DNA from: Selaginella moellendorffii
Taxonomy: Eukaryota > Plantae > Lycopodiophyta
Assembly (NCBI RefSeq): GCF_000143415.4
Contig: NW_003314318.1
Location: 682,001 to 746,000 of the forward strand
DNA: 64,000 nt
Reading direction: 5' to 3'
Shown: in pieces, positions 38,334-51,261 of the stretch
How the letters are laid out: the number at the start of each line of letters is the position of its first letter
Numbering within the stretch: the first letter of the stretch is position 1
Notes under the pieces: model-generated
What the model was told of the DNA's origin: nothing
Seen by the model: the letters and a program-made list of their open reading frames with translations, nothing else
The model's database searches: none
Made by a program: the position numbers and the translations under genes

Positions 38334-40702
38334 AGCTCGTAGATCGAAGTCACTAGAATCTGCCGAGGATGAAGAAGACTTGGCCCGGGAAGGTGCAGTG
38401 TCGTACCTAAGCTGCCTTTGGATGTTAGAAAGTTTACTCCATACCTTAGGGCCTTGAGGTATGGTAAAAGGGCGCCAATTTGTCGTATGTCTAGTTTGTA
38501 CCGGCATCAAATACCCTGAACACTGCAAATGCCCGGTCAAGGCAACTGAGTTGACAGGAGCAAGAAGACTGTAGGCTAGTGCTCAAGTTGCTCAAAATGC
38601 TTGTGACGAAGAGAAATAAGGGTCAAAATGGAAGGAGATGTAGGCCTCAAACACATGTAACCTTTGACCCGTAGGGTAACTGCTGGAGTAGCCATTGGAG
38701 TAGCCGTTGGAGCAGCCGCTAGCTTGTAACTGGGGTAGCCGCTGGAGCAACCACTGGAGTAGCCGCTGGAGCAGCCGGTAGCCAGTAACTGGGGTAGCTG
38801 TTGTAGCAGCCACTGGTAACCAGTAATTGGGGACCTATGACCTGTAACCAGTAACCACTGCTCTCACTCCTACCCCTGCGCTTGCTCCAACACCAACTCC
38901 TATCCCTGTGCTTATTCCTACTATCCCTGTTCCTATACCAACTCTTGTTCCTGCTCCTCCTGTTCCTATTCCTACAGTTACCTGTTCCTTGAAGATTGCT
39001 TCGTTCCTAAGGAACCCCTAACAAAGTTTAACCCAAAAGAGAAAAATGAGTCCTCTAGTCTCGATCCTTCTCCATTTTGACTGTTGGTGGGCTCCTTGGA
39101 AAGGGCTCAGCCCCATCTACCCTCTATTGTAGGAATGTGGAAAGAAGCCACCTCAATATTCCCTGAAATCCACAAAGAGGTAGCCCAAAACGCCAACATT
39201 GTGGAAAAACATGTGCATGTCCGTGATGTAGATTGATACTGAGGCACTGTTGGTATTTCTGGAAAGCCTAGGACCAGGAGCACCTCTAGAAACAAACGGC
39301 ATCCAAAACAAAGCCCGAAGGAGCACGAATTCCTACCACAAAGATGACCCAATCTAGCCGAAGAAGAAAATCCTTTTGCATGCCACCAATTTGCCCAAAT
39401 CTAGTGTTAAGAATCACCACTACTCATGGATCTAGGCCAAATCTACAAGCCCAAATGCACTACCTTGAGAAATTGGACCGAGGATCCAGGCAAGAAAGTG
39501 AAAACCCCAAAATGTTCATCCGACCGAACCAAGAAACGTTGTATCTCTTCAAATACTGCACGGCTTGATGAGCGCCATAACTTTCTGGAAAGAGGAGCTC
39601 TAGATCTATCCAACACGCCCAAGATCAAAGAAAACCACCGCAAGACGAACAAGGAATTCCTTCCCAAAGTCTGTGGCCAAAAGAAAAGAGAGAAATGACA
39701 CTTCAAAAAGTATTGTGTGTCATGCTGGGTTCACTATTTATTGGGGGAAGGAGGGGCACCTCCCCCAATGCTCGCTCAAACACGAGAAATGCTTCACCGC
39801 TCTTTGCAAAAATGCCCCCCCTCCCCCCTTGCCCTTGTGAGGCAAGGGTTTTATACAAGGAAGATGAGGAATATTCTAAGGACTAGAATATTCCCTCTCT
39901 CTCTCTCACTCTCTCGGTGGCCACGCCCTAATATTGCTAGCCTCGAGAATGGCATCCATGCCACTCCACCTTTGCACTTGGTCCAAGTGCTTCACGTGTC
40001 CAACCCTATGACCGACACCCAAGGTACCACCAACCTCTCAGCCTGTTACGCTAAGGCCATGCCCATTTACCTTAGTCACACTGGTGGTCCGACACCATCT
40101 ACATCACAGTCTTGTCTCTTAAAGACTAGGCCATCCATCCATGAGTGATCATCCCAAATCCACTCCTTAGCATCCTTAGGATGCCCATAGACATGGGGAA
40201 TAGCCTTCCCCAATATCTTTTTTCCAATCCCCACCAAATCCCTTTCTATCCATGGCTGTGTTCACCAACACTGCCACTAGATCAAGGCCCTCAAGCCCGA
40301 CCTCTAAATCCCACTGTCTTTTGAGACTTCCTCACCATGTGACCATATCCTTGGTCACTACACTAGAGGATTGCTCCTCTTCCTTTTCACCTTCAGGGAC
40401 AACATTTCGGAACACCGTGGCCTTACGTGAGCCTCATGGGTACTTTCCCCACCTTCTACCTTTTGGTGCTCTAGCCATGGGCTTACAGTGGGCCACGCTA
40501 AGTATCCAAGTAGGTAGTGCCACCCACACTTGGATCGGGAGCATCGGCTACTCGATCTCCTGGGGGAACTAGAGTCGGCGCTTGAACACTTTACCAAGTT
40601 ACCCCGCTTGTCGGTCCGTGTTCACTCTAGTCTTGGACTTCCTAGTGGGTGGGTATAGCCTTCTTGGGCTAAACTGGCCTTTCCTGGCCAAACTAGCTCC
40701 AC

Positions 40703-41114
40703 TGATGGGCATTGGAAAAGAGGTATTGGGGAAGGTTATTCCCTATGTCTATGGGCATCCTAAGGATGCTAAGGAGTGGATCTGGGATGATCACTCATGG
40801 ATGGATGGCCTAGTCTTTGAAAGACAGGACTGCAATGCAGGTGGTGTCGAACCACTAGTGTGACCAAGGTAAATGGGCATGGCCTTAGCGTAACGGGCTG
40901 AGAGGTTAGTCGTACCTTGGGGTGTCGGTCATGGGATTGGACATGTGGAGCACTTGGACCAAGTGCAAAGGTGGAGTGGCATGGATACCATTTTCGGGGC
41001 TAACAAGCCCTAGGTCCTGAATAGGACTTATGGAGGTTGTGAATGAGACTCCTTCAAGTGGTTGGAGGTGTGGTTAAGTGACTAAAGTAGAATGGAAAAA
41101 TTTAGTCGCTTACA
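40703..41114 (+). repeat. Inverted partial family B LTR (fold-back against 39934-40235 and 33378-33488)
   Basis: Reverse complement matches the preceding LTR segment; ends ...tagtcgcttaca. Confidence 0.75.
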
Positions 41115-41428
41115 TCTAGTGCTTGGGTTTAAGTCCCAACTCACTAGAGCGTAGTGATAGTTTGGAATATAAAGACATTCAATTTTTGGTAGTCATGAAC
41201 TCTCAATGAGATTGGCTTGGGCACACTTCCAAGTAGGGGATGCCCTGGAGTTGTGATACACTATTAGATTGCTTTATTTAACATAAACACTTTAATGCAA
41301 GTGGAATGAGTGAACATGGACTAGAGTGACTAGGTTCACTTTAGTCTTAAGTGACTAAGTTCACTCTAGTCTTAAGTGACTAGGTTCAAGACCGTAAGCA
41401 AGTAGAATGGAAAAATTAGTCGCTTACA

Positions 41429-41960
41429 GAGGATTAGCACCAAGAGTAGGAGGAGGTGTACCATGTGCCATGAACGCCGCCATCAACTGAGTTTGGTTGT
41501 TCAATTGCAAGTGCATAGCATCAAGCAATTGTACCAAGTGCTACTCCAGAGTCAAAGGAGGGGATTGTTAATTTGCCATGAAGATGAATGAAAAAAAAAA
41601 AGCAAAAGAAATAACAAAAAGCTAGAAGGAAATGGTAGATTAGATCTAAACCAAAATCCTAAAAGAAAAGAAAAAAATGAAGGAAATGAAAAAAGCTAGA
41701 TCTAGACGATACAAAAGTTAGATCTAAACTAAAATCCTAAATCCAAGCACTCCTTAGGGACAATCAAAAGTGCCCCTCACCTCCACCAATGTGAGTGCTC
41801 AGAATATGAAAAGGGAATATAGAAAATATACATATTAATTAGCTCAAAAACCTTATGTTATATATAGGAGCAAGTGGTCCGGATTAAAACCAATCCCACA
41901 GCTACCAAAATCCCACTATTTCAAATATTAATAAATGGTAAAATTAAATACAAACTTTGC
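41429..41960 (-). mobile_element. 5' fragment (LTR, PBS, gag start) of a second family D element
   Basis: 41790-41930 matches the LTR at 7440-7572; tggtggagg PBS-like sequence follows; 41429-41525 matches 3318-3410. Confidence 0.75.
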
Positions 41961-43526
41961 TTCATTGGATTGCCCATACTAAGTATATGCCAAAACCATG
42001 ATTCCCCATGAGAAAATGTAGGAGTTCTAAATCCCAAGCTTTCCAAGCTCCCGCATTTAGCATAAAAATCCATAGCCAAAAACTGATCAGAGCATGAAGT
42101 CTTTTTGCTTCCTTGACCCTGCTACAACTGCTCAGGAGCAGTGAGAAGTGCTTCATCTGCTTAAGAGAAATCCATTCATTTTGAATTTTATTAAAATTTT
42201 GAAATGAATGAAATGTTGAATAAAGTGCTCTTGCAATCTTTAAGATGATATATACAAGACCCTAAATCATGCAGAAGTAAGAATCATTACAGTCACCAGA
42301 GCCAAAGGCCAACAACAAGTCTACCAACTCTTTAGGAGGCAATTTGCATTTTGAGGTTCATGCCCTCGTAATCAGCTTGTTCTCCCTCAGCGAACAATGA
42401 ATGTGTGGATGCTTGAAAGAGTGCTCATGAAAGATAAAAGAAAAAATGACGATTCATTATAGTAGCTGCCACCTTTCTGGATATTCGTTATCCATGAAGA
42501 AATAAGGTCTCCAAAATAGAAAATGAATCTGCAACAGGATTGAAAATCCTCCGCCATTTTGCCAGCCATAGAATCACATAGATCAGGTTTAAGGAATGTT
42601 CAAATCATGATCAAATGCTCAATGAAATTGCAGCAGGAGGACAATCCGCTTTCATGGGTGGGGACACGTTTGATCAAGCAAGAGTACTTGCTGAGGCTGT
42701 TGATCTGCTCTTGCCTAGATTGTTCATTGATTGCAATAGTAGTAGAGCGATGATGAGCTTCCATGTCAAAACCCCTGCCTTGAAATGAAAATCGGAAAAA
42801 TATGGAAGAAAACCCTAGCTCCCTAGCTCCTAGCTGTTGCCAGCTTGAGGGAATTTCAGTGCTGCATTTCGTTTTAGAGAAAGCTTATTTGCCAAATTTC
42901 GGGTTCATGTGGTGACTTAAAGCAACACGGAGCAAGAAGGAGCGGCTAATGGACCATCAGATTTGAGCTCAATCGCTCACACATCATTCTTGCCCGTGAA
43001 TTGCCTTTCTCGTTCAAGCTTGCCCTTTCAATTTGAAGATCTGCAACTCAAGAATCCTCCTTGCGACCTCCCAATGTGTTCATCAGGCCGCAGTATGCAA
43101 CACAATTGCCTCAGGGAATAGTTCCTACAGGCAATAGTTCCTCCTCCACAGACGGATGAGGAACTCAGCAAAACATCTGGCTTGACCAAGGTCACAGGAT
43201 TTGAAATCAACAGTGGTCGAGATGAAATCCGGATTAAAGAGCGATATGGTAAAGCAAAGCAAGCAGAAGCAGAGTCTGTGTCTGTTGATCTTCAGTCTCC
43301 AAGGAACCGGAGAGGTAGAATGCAAACTCGGCCGTGTGGCTTTGAGATTCCCTTGTTGAGCTCGGGAAGAAGTCAAACAAAGCTGGAAAGCAGGACTCTG
43401 ATGAATCAAAACCTGGAAGCTCAAAACCGAAGCAGACATGCAAGGGACGAGACACCAAAGCTCAAAGACTTGTGAACCAGCTTAAGGTGGAAAGTGACAA
43501 ACAGAGTTTAAAGAGCAAGATGGTTC

Positions 43527-44170
43527 GGGGGGGGGGGGGGGGGGGGGGCGCACCGCCCACATAACACACATAAGGTAAAAGTAACACATAACTTATGTAT
43601 GTGGAGGAACCAATGCACCAACCACATAATTAAGAATTATGTATGTGGTAAGGGGGACACACCGGCCACATAACATACATAAAAACTATATGGTTTTTTT
43701 ATGTATGTAGTGTGAGGACGTACCAAAACAACATAAGTTTTATGTATGTGAAGTATGGGACGTACCAACCACGTAATTAAATATCAAATTTTTTAAATTT
43801 AAAAATTAATCTACAACAAATACACACGTCTAATTTTGATTTAAACCATAGAGTCAAAGTTCTCCTCAAGAGTTGGTTCTGGATCACGGTAGTCAACATG
43901 CGTACGCTTTGCCTTTCATTGTGCAATTTCTTGCTCTAGCTCCCGTAGTTCACCTTCCAGATCTGCATCCTTGACATCAATGAGCAGATTGTGCAAGATA
44001 CAATAGCACTTTCAAACATTTGGCAAGTCATCCAAATGCATCCTTTGCTTTTGATCCAAACACTTGAACTTCTGCTTCAGCAACCCAAACATCTGTTCCA
44101 CGATGACTCGTGCCTTATGATGTTACTTGTTGAACTCGGCTTGCAAAACATTCAAGCATGAATCTGAAAG
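43527..44170 (-). pseudogene. PIF/Harbinger transposase C-terminal remnant with adjacent subterminal repeats
   Basis: About 44150-43950 translates EFNK*HHKARVIVEQMFGLLKQKFKCL...CILHNLLI. Repeated ccacataa/tatgtatgtg units at 43550-43780. Confidence 0.7.
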
Positions 44171-44317
44171 TAAGTACAATGTTAATGGGTGAAGACATAT
44201 TTGAATCAAGAAATCAAATACCTGTATAAAAGCCCTAACTAAACACAAAAGCCATAACCACATTTCCCTCCCAATTCCCTCCATTTTTCATAAACTGTCA
44301 TTTCTCCTCGTAAACTG

Positions 44318-46100
44318 TGTTATGTGAAAACACATAAGTTAAGGGCAATAGCTGTGCACAACTTCTCTAAAAGACATCTATTTAATTGTAGTATGATGAC
44401 GTGGCAAGAGTCCTACTATGTCAGACCTGTTCAGCTAGCTAGGCAGAATTAGCATGGAAGATACTACCCTGGTAGTACTAGAGATTATAAGTATAGCTCC
44501 TGCTGATGTGTCAACCACTCACTCCCAGAAAAAAATATGGGAGCCCATACCAGATGGCCAAAAACCCCGGGGGGGGGGGGGGGGGGGGGGGGGGGGAGTT
44601 TCATTTTTTTAAAAGGGGTTTCAAAGGGGTTTAAGGGGGGAACCTTTTTTTTAAAAAGGAGGAGGAAGACCAATTCCTCTGAAAATCAGAGGAGGGGGAA
44701 TTCTCCTCCTTGAGAGAGACTAAGGGAATGGAGAGTGGGAAATGGGAGTTAACCGAGGGTGATGCCTGGGATTCCTGCTCGTACTCTCCTTGCCCATAGG
44801 AGCAATAGACACAAGGCCAGGCAAGTTAGTGGAGATGACTGGCCGGAATAGAAGCAAAAGACAAGAAGCCAAGCAATCCACAAGAGCGGCTCTGGCAGGC
44901 AAATACTTGGGTGCCTGACAAGCAACCAAGGAGTCGGTGTGGCTGGTGGCAAGGCCACACCGTGAATCTTGGCAAGCTGTGTGGGAACACTTGGATGCCT
45001 GGAGATGGCTCTAGCCATCAATCAGGGAAACATCCGGGCAATCAAACACGCTGAGGCTGAAGGCCCGATACGGACTTTGTCGAGTAAGGTTCCCACTTCG
45101 AACTCGCTCGGTGGGGAGTTAGCTCTGGCTACTCATGGTTGGGAGGCACTGGGTCTTGAAGCCTCGGGTGGGGTGATTCCTCTGAGGTAGGTGGGTGATT
45201 CCACCAAGGGCCAGTGCTGCAATTAATACCGAGGTCATAAGGTGGATCGTCCAAGGCTCAATTGTTAAGAAGTGCATATCTTCGGCGGTCCCAAAGATGG
45301 CACCCATGGGGGTGGCTCCCCGGGACTTAGCCTCGAGATGGCTCGGGTGGGTCTGAGTACAGGGACCTGACTTAGTGAACTGTCGAGAGATGGCCTTGGG
45401 AGTCACCAGGGCTGAAATGACCGGACTTAGTGGCTGGTTATTACACATGGTATCAGAGAGACAATTACGGGCAAGATGCAAATTCTGTGGGGAAAATTTA
45501 TTTTTTCAAAATGGAGGTTGTGTCAAGACTGAAATTAAAAGACTTGTGCCTCGAGGTTTGTATTGACAGTAGGTTACACTTGTGGGACAAGGTGCCCCCA
45601 CAAGCGGCTGGCTGGTTTAGGGGTCGTCCCTTGCTTGCATTGTTACATGTTTGGGATTGAGCCTATGAAAAACCGGCACCTTATGCATGTCTAGAGCCAA
45701 AATGAAGTTTCTTGATTTTTCTTGAAATTTCTGAACACTTCTAACTATCCTTGCTCCTTGCTCCTAGGAATAGCAAGCAAGGAGGAAGTAGAAGTTAACC
45801 ACTATGTGAAGAAAAAGGAAATAGTTAAGAATTGAAGAACTCATTAACAGGAGGAGATGATCAGAGAAGCCATGGTGGGACTGGAGCAGTGAATGGAGGC
45901 CCGGTTTAACCAGTTCATAACGGAGCTCCAACTTGGAAACAAGGAGAAGTCTTTGAGTAACTCCGAAGGCAACTCCCAGGCCCCAGTAATGACATGGCGT
46001 CTGGGGACACTCGAGAGACATGCCCAGCCTCGAGTTTGACAACAAGTTGGAGGTGCCCACCGAAAGGACAGAGGCATCTGCACCCGGAAACCTTCGAGTG
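44318..46100 (+). mobile_element. Probable LTR + tRNA-iMet PBS + gag-start remnant of another retrotransposon
   Basis: ...ttacaca|tggtatcagag at about 45448; PETFE-like gag remnant near 46080; boundaries uncertain. Confidence 0.4.
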
Positions 46101-48199
46101 ATACATTTGTGAGCATTGTGTTTGTCGGTTAATGATACTTTGTGTTCTTTGAGTTATCTTTGGTAAGTTATTTGGCATACTGTTTACGATTTTTAGTAGT
46201 TAAGTTTTCTCATTAAGTTTACTTGATGATATACTTGCTATTGAATTTTATTGGATGGTGCATCCTATGTTTTCCAATAATAGGGATCTTGGTGGTTCTA
46301 TACTATAATACTAGTTTATCGAATGATAACTTACTTAGAATACTTTTGTGTTCTAATCTAAAATATATTGATAATTAAAGTCTCCAAGATATCCTTGTCT
46401 ATGACTTTGATATTGTCCATCTATTGATATTGTGTTTGGGCCAATATAGGCAGACTAGCTTTGGCACTTCATGTGCATGGTGAAATCTTTATTCATGGGG
46501 TAGCTACTGTTGACTGGTCACATAACCTGCCTCTTTGTCGATGTTCCTTATTCCATTGAAAGGGCGTGACCACATAAACAACTCTAACTACCTATTTATA
46601 ATAGTCTATCAAAATCTTACCGACGGGTTTGGTTTCTTTACTCATGAGGGTTGGGGCCTTTAGCTTCTCTCTCTATATCCCTGTGGGCAGGGGCGTATCA
46701 CACTTTTGTAAGTTGGGTGACACCCAGAGCAACAAGGGTGGCTAACTCCATTAGTCATTTCCTTGTTGGCGACGGCCAGAAGGTGTCTGAGTTGGTAACA
46801 CATCCGCGTTAGACAAAGAGGTTGCCTCCTAACTCATTTAAGTTGATGCATTTCTCACATAGTGTGATCACCGTGAACTTTTTCTAGAGTTGTTTCCTTG
46901 GCGGTGGTCTAGACTTGAGTATGCATCGACGAGGATGTCGATCTTCCCTAGGGGGGGAGAGTGTTGCGAATGTGACTTCAGGTATCGAAAGTTACCTGTC
47001 AGCTAGTCCTTTTAGATATTCTTTCCTTACTGCCACGATGGTAAGAGGTCGGTATTGCTGGGCCCGTTATCAGTTTCCACTTGAGCTAGTTGAGAAACTA
47101 GTCAATAACCGTGCACTTAAATTGGATAAACATAAGGTAGGAACCCTATGTGTTTCTTGCTGAGCATACTCGGCTTGGTTTAAGAAACTCTTATCATTGG
47201 CTTCCACTTGCTAGTATCAAGAACCCCTATGATATTGAGATTGGTCCCTCAATATTCACTAGATGATAGTTTATTGTGTTTGCTAAACACCCTCGCTATT
47301 ATACCCTTTGTGTTAGTCTCATTTTGGTCCCAAATGCTATTTATGAAAAGTGTCTAGATTCGCTCATTTGACATATCTGTGGAATGTAGAGATTGGCTTG
47401 AACACAATGGTGTTCATCTCGTGTCCAAATTCGTAATCTAAGGACATTCCATATTTAGTAAGTTTCGAGCTTGTCCAAGAGACTAACTCCTGGTACTAAA
47501 GAAGGCTTGGGTGAAAGCCTAAAGTGTGTGTTCCTCAAGGGAAGGGGGCGGGGGGGCGGGGGGAGGGAGGGGCTGTGGGAGGTTCCAAATGTATAGTAGG
47601 GATAGTGGGTAGGTCGGGTATGGCTGACTAACTTGAAGCATAGTCTGGCTCCCGCTTGCGTGTCTGTCCTTGTTCTGCGTCCAACTTGGGTCTAAGCCCA
47701 AGTTCCATTCCATGCTAGCTGATGGAGTACCCATGTCCTTGCGTTAGGCCACCGGTATGCCAAAATAATGCTAGACTCCGTTTGGCTCCGTTTTGCGTGC
47801 TGGTCCTAGCATTGGGATGCTGGTTACTCTAGGACTGTTCCAAGTTGCTCTAGCTCTTGTCTTTTCGCTCCTTGGGCTATATGCTCAGGAGTTGCTCTAT
47901 GGTCCAATTTCATTACTCCTTGGCTCCATGCTTGGGAGTTTGGCACCGTTCCTTCGTTTAGTGGCTCAAGGCTTTGAACTTTGAGTTCCACACCACTGTC
48001 CTATGGATATGTGGCATATGACATGTGGCATATAACACATGGCATATGGAGGGTTTAGGTTCCGCTTCGTGGTGTTATCCTATGGTAAATGCCATAGGAT
48101 TAAAGGTTAAACCACGTGGCACAAGTTTGTTGGCTGGAACATCAGATATCTACATGTTCTGATGTTACTTGAAGTGATATTTCAGTACTTCATATGAAG

Positions 48200-48299
48200 N
48201 NNNNNNNNNNNNNNNNNNNNNNNNNNNNNNNNNNNNNNNNNNNNNNNNNNNNNNNNNNNNNNNNNNNNNNNNNNNNNNNNNNNNNNNNNNNNNNNNNNN
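48200..48299. other. Assembly gap (100 N)
   Basis: Run of N. Confidence 0.99.
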
Positions 48300-48588
48300 T
48301 GTCTCGATAGGAGATACCCCACACTCTCGCGAGTGTGTATCTTCCACACACTCAACAGTTTGGTGGAACGGCTCATTTGGACATTCAAAGGGATGATTAC
48401 GAAGTATGTGAACTTTCAGCATTCAGATTGGGATAGTTATTTGCCGTCTCTTCGGTATGCATATGTCACAGGGGTGTAGAGTAATATTGGTGCTTCACCA
48501 TATAAACTCTTATATGATCATGATCCAATATTACCAACAGATCTGGGTTTACCTTTGTGATTGCCACGTCTATATTCCAAACACTCAT

Positions 48589-48590
<2 letters not shown>
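48300..48590 (+). mobile_element. Family D integrase/LTR fragment
   Basis: Matches 6663-6930 and the LTR end at 7540-7570. Confidence 0.7.
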
Positions 48591-48756
<166 letters not shown>

Positions 48757-49244
48757 CTGCATTTTCTTCTCTCTTACATTTTCAGATTTACATCACACCC
48801 ACAGAATCAAACCTCATTAAACTTTATGCTTAGGCTAAGCTAACATCATCCAAGAAAGCCACATAAATTCACACCACTTTACTTTTGTCCAACTAAACTA
48901 TTTGCCATGAACAAGTTCATTTCATAGTCAGCCTTTTCAATCACTCTTTTTGGGGCTTGTAGCTTCATTTATAATATACACCATGCCAAGATACCAAGCC
49001 ACAAGAAGCAAAGTGTTGAGCCCAGCATAATCAAGTCCTACATCCCTGGGGGTTTTTCTCCTTCACTCCTCACTACACCCCCAGCTACACTTTGACTCAC
49101 TACTAGCCATTCACAAGGAAGAAAATACTAGCCTACTATAGCACCAACTAAAGTTTTCTCTCACACACAGTGTGTTCAAATAGAAAAGTAAGCAGCTCAC
49201 TCACTATGCCTCACACTTTTAAGAGAATTATATTTTAAGGGAAT

Positions 49245-50285
49245 CATGTGGATTTTTGAGTTGAAACCACATATTCATAATTGGAAGGAAGAGCTAAATC
49301 CAAAAGTATATGTCATTTTGACTCAGTCAACGTTTTGACAGTCATAAAATACTCAGGAAAAATTTATTTGACCGTTGACTTTGTGCTGCCCTTATGTTGA
49401 CTGGGGTGGTGAAAGACCTGGTATGTACTTGGAGTCTATTGGTCATATAGGAAGACATTGCCCCGCAAGGTGTCAGCATATGTGTTGCTGGCATCAGGAG
49501 TCCAACACCATTTTTACAAATCATGTGCTTTCAAGAGAATTGTGTATAGATTTTTGAGTTGAAAAGCACATATTCATGATCAGAAGAAAGAGTGGAATCC
49601 AATGATAAATATCATTTGGACTCAGTCAACATTTTGATAGTCATGAAATAATCAGGAAAAATCTATTTTCATTGTTAACTTCACATTCACCATACATTGA
49701 TTGAGATGGTGGAAGACCTGGAGTCACTTGTACATACTTGGAGTCCATCAGTTGCGCAGGATGAAGTTATCCCATGAATTGTCGAGTGCGTCACTAGCAT
49801 TGGCAGTGTGACACCATTAATGCTGATTTTTGAGTCAAAAACCACATATTCAAGATCAGAAGAAAGACCAGAATCCAATAGCATATGCCAATTTGACTGG
49901 TCAATGCTCTGACAATTATTTTTCAATTTTATAGTTGACTTATTGTTGACCACACGTTGACTGAGGTGGTGAAAGACCTGGAGTCATTGGTACAAACCCC
50001 TAAGTCCATCTATTGTGTGGGAAGATGTTGTTCCATGGGGTGTCACTATATGTGTTGTTATGTGGCATTATTATTATGATTTGTATGATTTCTAAGGCAT
50101 CTTGTGTGAATTTTTTATTTAAAAATCACATACACAACTAAAAGGAGAAGTGAAATCTAATGGTATATGCCATGTCTGACAGTCAAGAAATATTTAAGGA
50201 TATTTAATTGTTGAACGTTGACTAAGGGTTGACTTTATGTTTACCAAAGTAAGAGGACCTGGAGTCACTGGTACATAACTTGAGT
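49245..50285. repeat. Degenerate tandem repeat, about 280-300-bp unit, about 4 copies
   Basis: Recurring gatttttgagt..aaa.cacatattca, cagtcaa and ggtgg..aaagacctggagtc near 49250, 49550, 49825 and 50110. Confidence 0.7.
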
Positions 50286-51014
50286 TGATCAACCACTAAC
50301 TAAAATCCATTGGTCAAGCAAGAAAGTGTAGAATTATACATAAAAATTTACAAACCACAATACAGAAGGTGGCTAAATTTGTGAAGAGACTTTAAGCACT
50401 AATCAAGGTTCAAGGAGCATCTCTAGCATGTGATCACTTAGGGGAGCACATCTGCAATAAACTTCATCTATCACCTACCAACTTAATTCCATCTTCAAGT
50501 CAGGGGAAGTTGCTACAGATCAAACATATTAAAACTATGTGAGGAAATAAGGAATTTTAGGGTTTTTTTCATTTAGGGCTTGTTCTTCTCTCTCTTCTTG
50601 TTTCTCACTGTGTGGCTAGAGGTGATGATCGAATAAGATATTGTTGCATGATGGGAATAATAAAAATTTAAATAACACTAAGATAAAAATATGGTTAACA
50701 TGGAATGTCAAATAATTTGCTATGCTATTGCACAACAACATTTGGTTTGCTTTAGTTTATTATATTTATTTTATAAATAAATATAGCAATTTGATTTATA
50801 TTCTGTGTCTGTAAAGGTATCCATAGGTCTTACTTTTGAATAATTAAAGGACAGGTCAAAAGGAAATCATAAAAGTAAATATTTATAAGTTATAGTATAA
50901 ATTTTTTTGTTTTTTACTTTCTTTTAATTTTAATCTCAGAATCAGCTATGAAAATATGAGATACAGTCCTGAGGAGTATTATGAAACAAGCTTAATGAAA
51001 TTTAAAAGACTCAA

Positions 51015-51261
51015 TCTTGGTTTTAGTCTCAGTCTTGGTTCCATCTTGGACTCTATCTCGGACTTCTCAAACTCCATCTCAGGTCCATCTCAAACTCTAT
51101 CTCGGACTCCATCTCAGACTCTATCTCAGACTCCATCTCGGACTCTATTTTGGACTCCATCTCGGGTCCATCTTGGACTCTATTTTGGACTCCATCTCGG
51201 GTCCATCTTGGACTCTATTTTGGACTCCATCTCGGATCCATCTCGGACTCCATCTCGGATC
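51015..51261 (-). repeat. 12-mer array remnant of an older family B LTR (continues at 58795-58819)
   Basis: CTCGGACTCCAT-type units on both sides of the family A insertion. Confidence 0.7.

Larger units (their letters stand above)
33489..39933 (-). mobile_element. Non-chromovirus (Tat/Athila-like) Gypsy element, family C, with about 200-bp LTRs (33489-33692, 39739-39933), lacking RT/RNase H
   Basis: Direct LTR repeat; apparent ttgc TSD; gag, protease and partial integrase present on the minus strand. Confidence 0.82.
7597..40702 (-). mobile_element. Non-autonomous LARD-like LTR element (family B copy 1), split by nested insertions; own internal DNA at 8074-8346 and 29641-33377; 5' LTR at 33378-33488 and 39934-40702
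   Basis: Internal segments are colinear with 60486-64000. PBS-like tggtattgaagc lies next to the LTR end at 33378. No long ORFs. Confidence 0.75.

Noticed and set aside
41962-43500. Possible host gene
   Set aside because: Only short ORFs with no recognisable motif; no consistent exon chain could be built.
44565-44660. Poly-G tracts (also at 43527) as functional G-quadruplex elements
   Set aside because: The neighbouring homopolymer-rich sequence looks like low-quality consensus; tract lengths are unreliable.
46860-48190. Complete LTR element starting after the PPT-like ggggggggagag at about 46950
   Set aside because: No partner LTR or coding domain could be matched before the gap.
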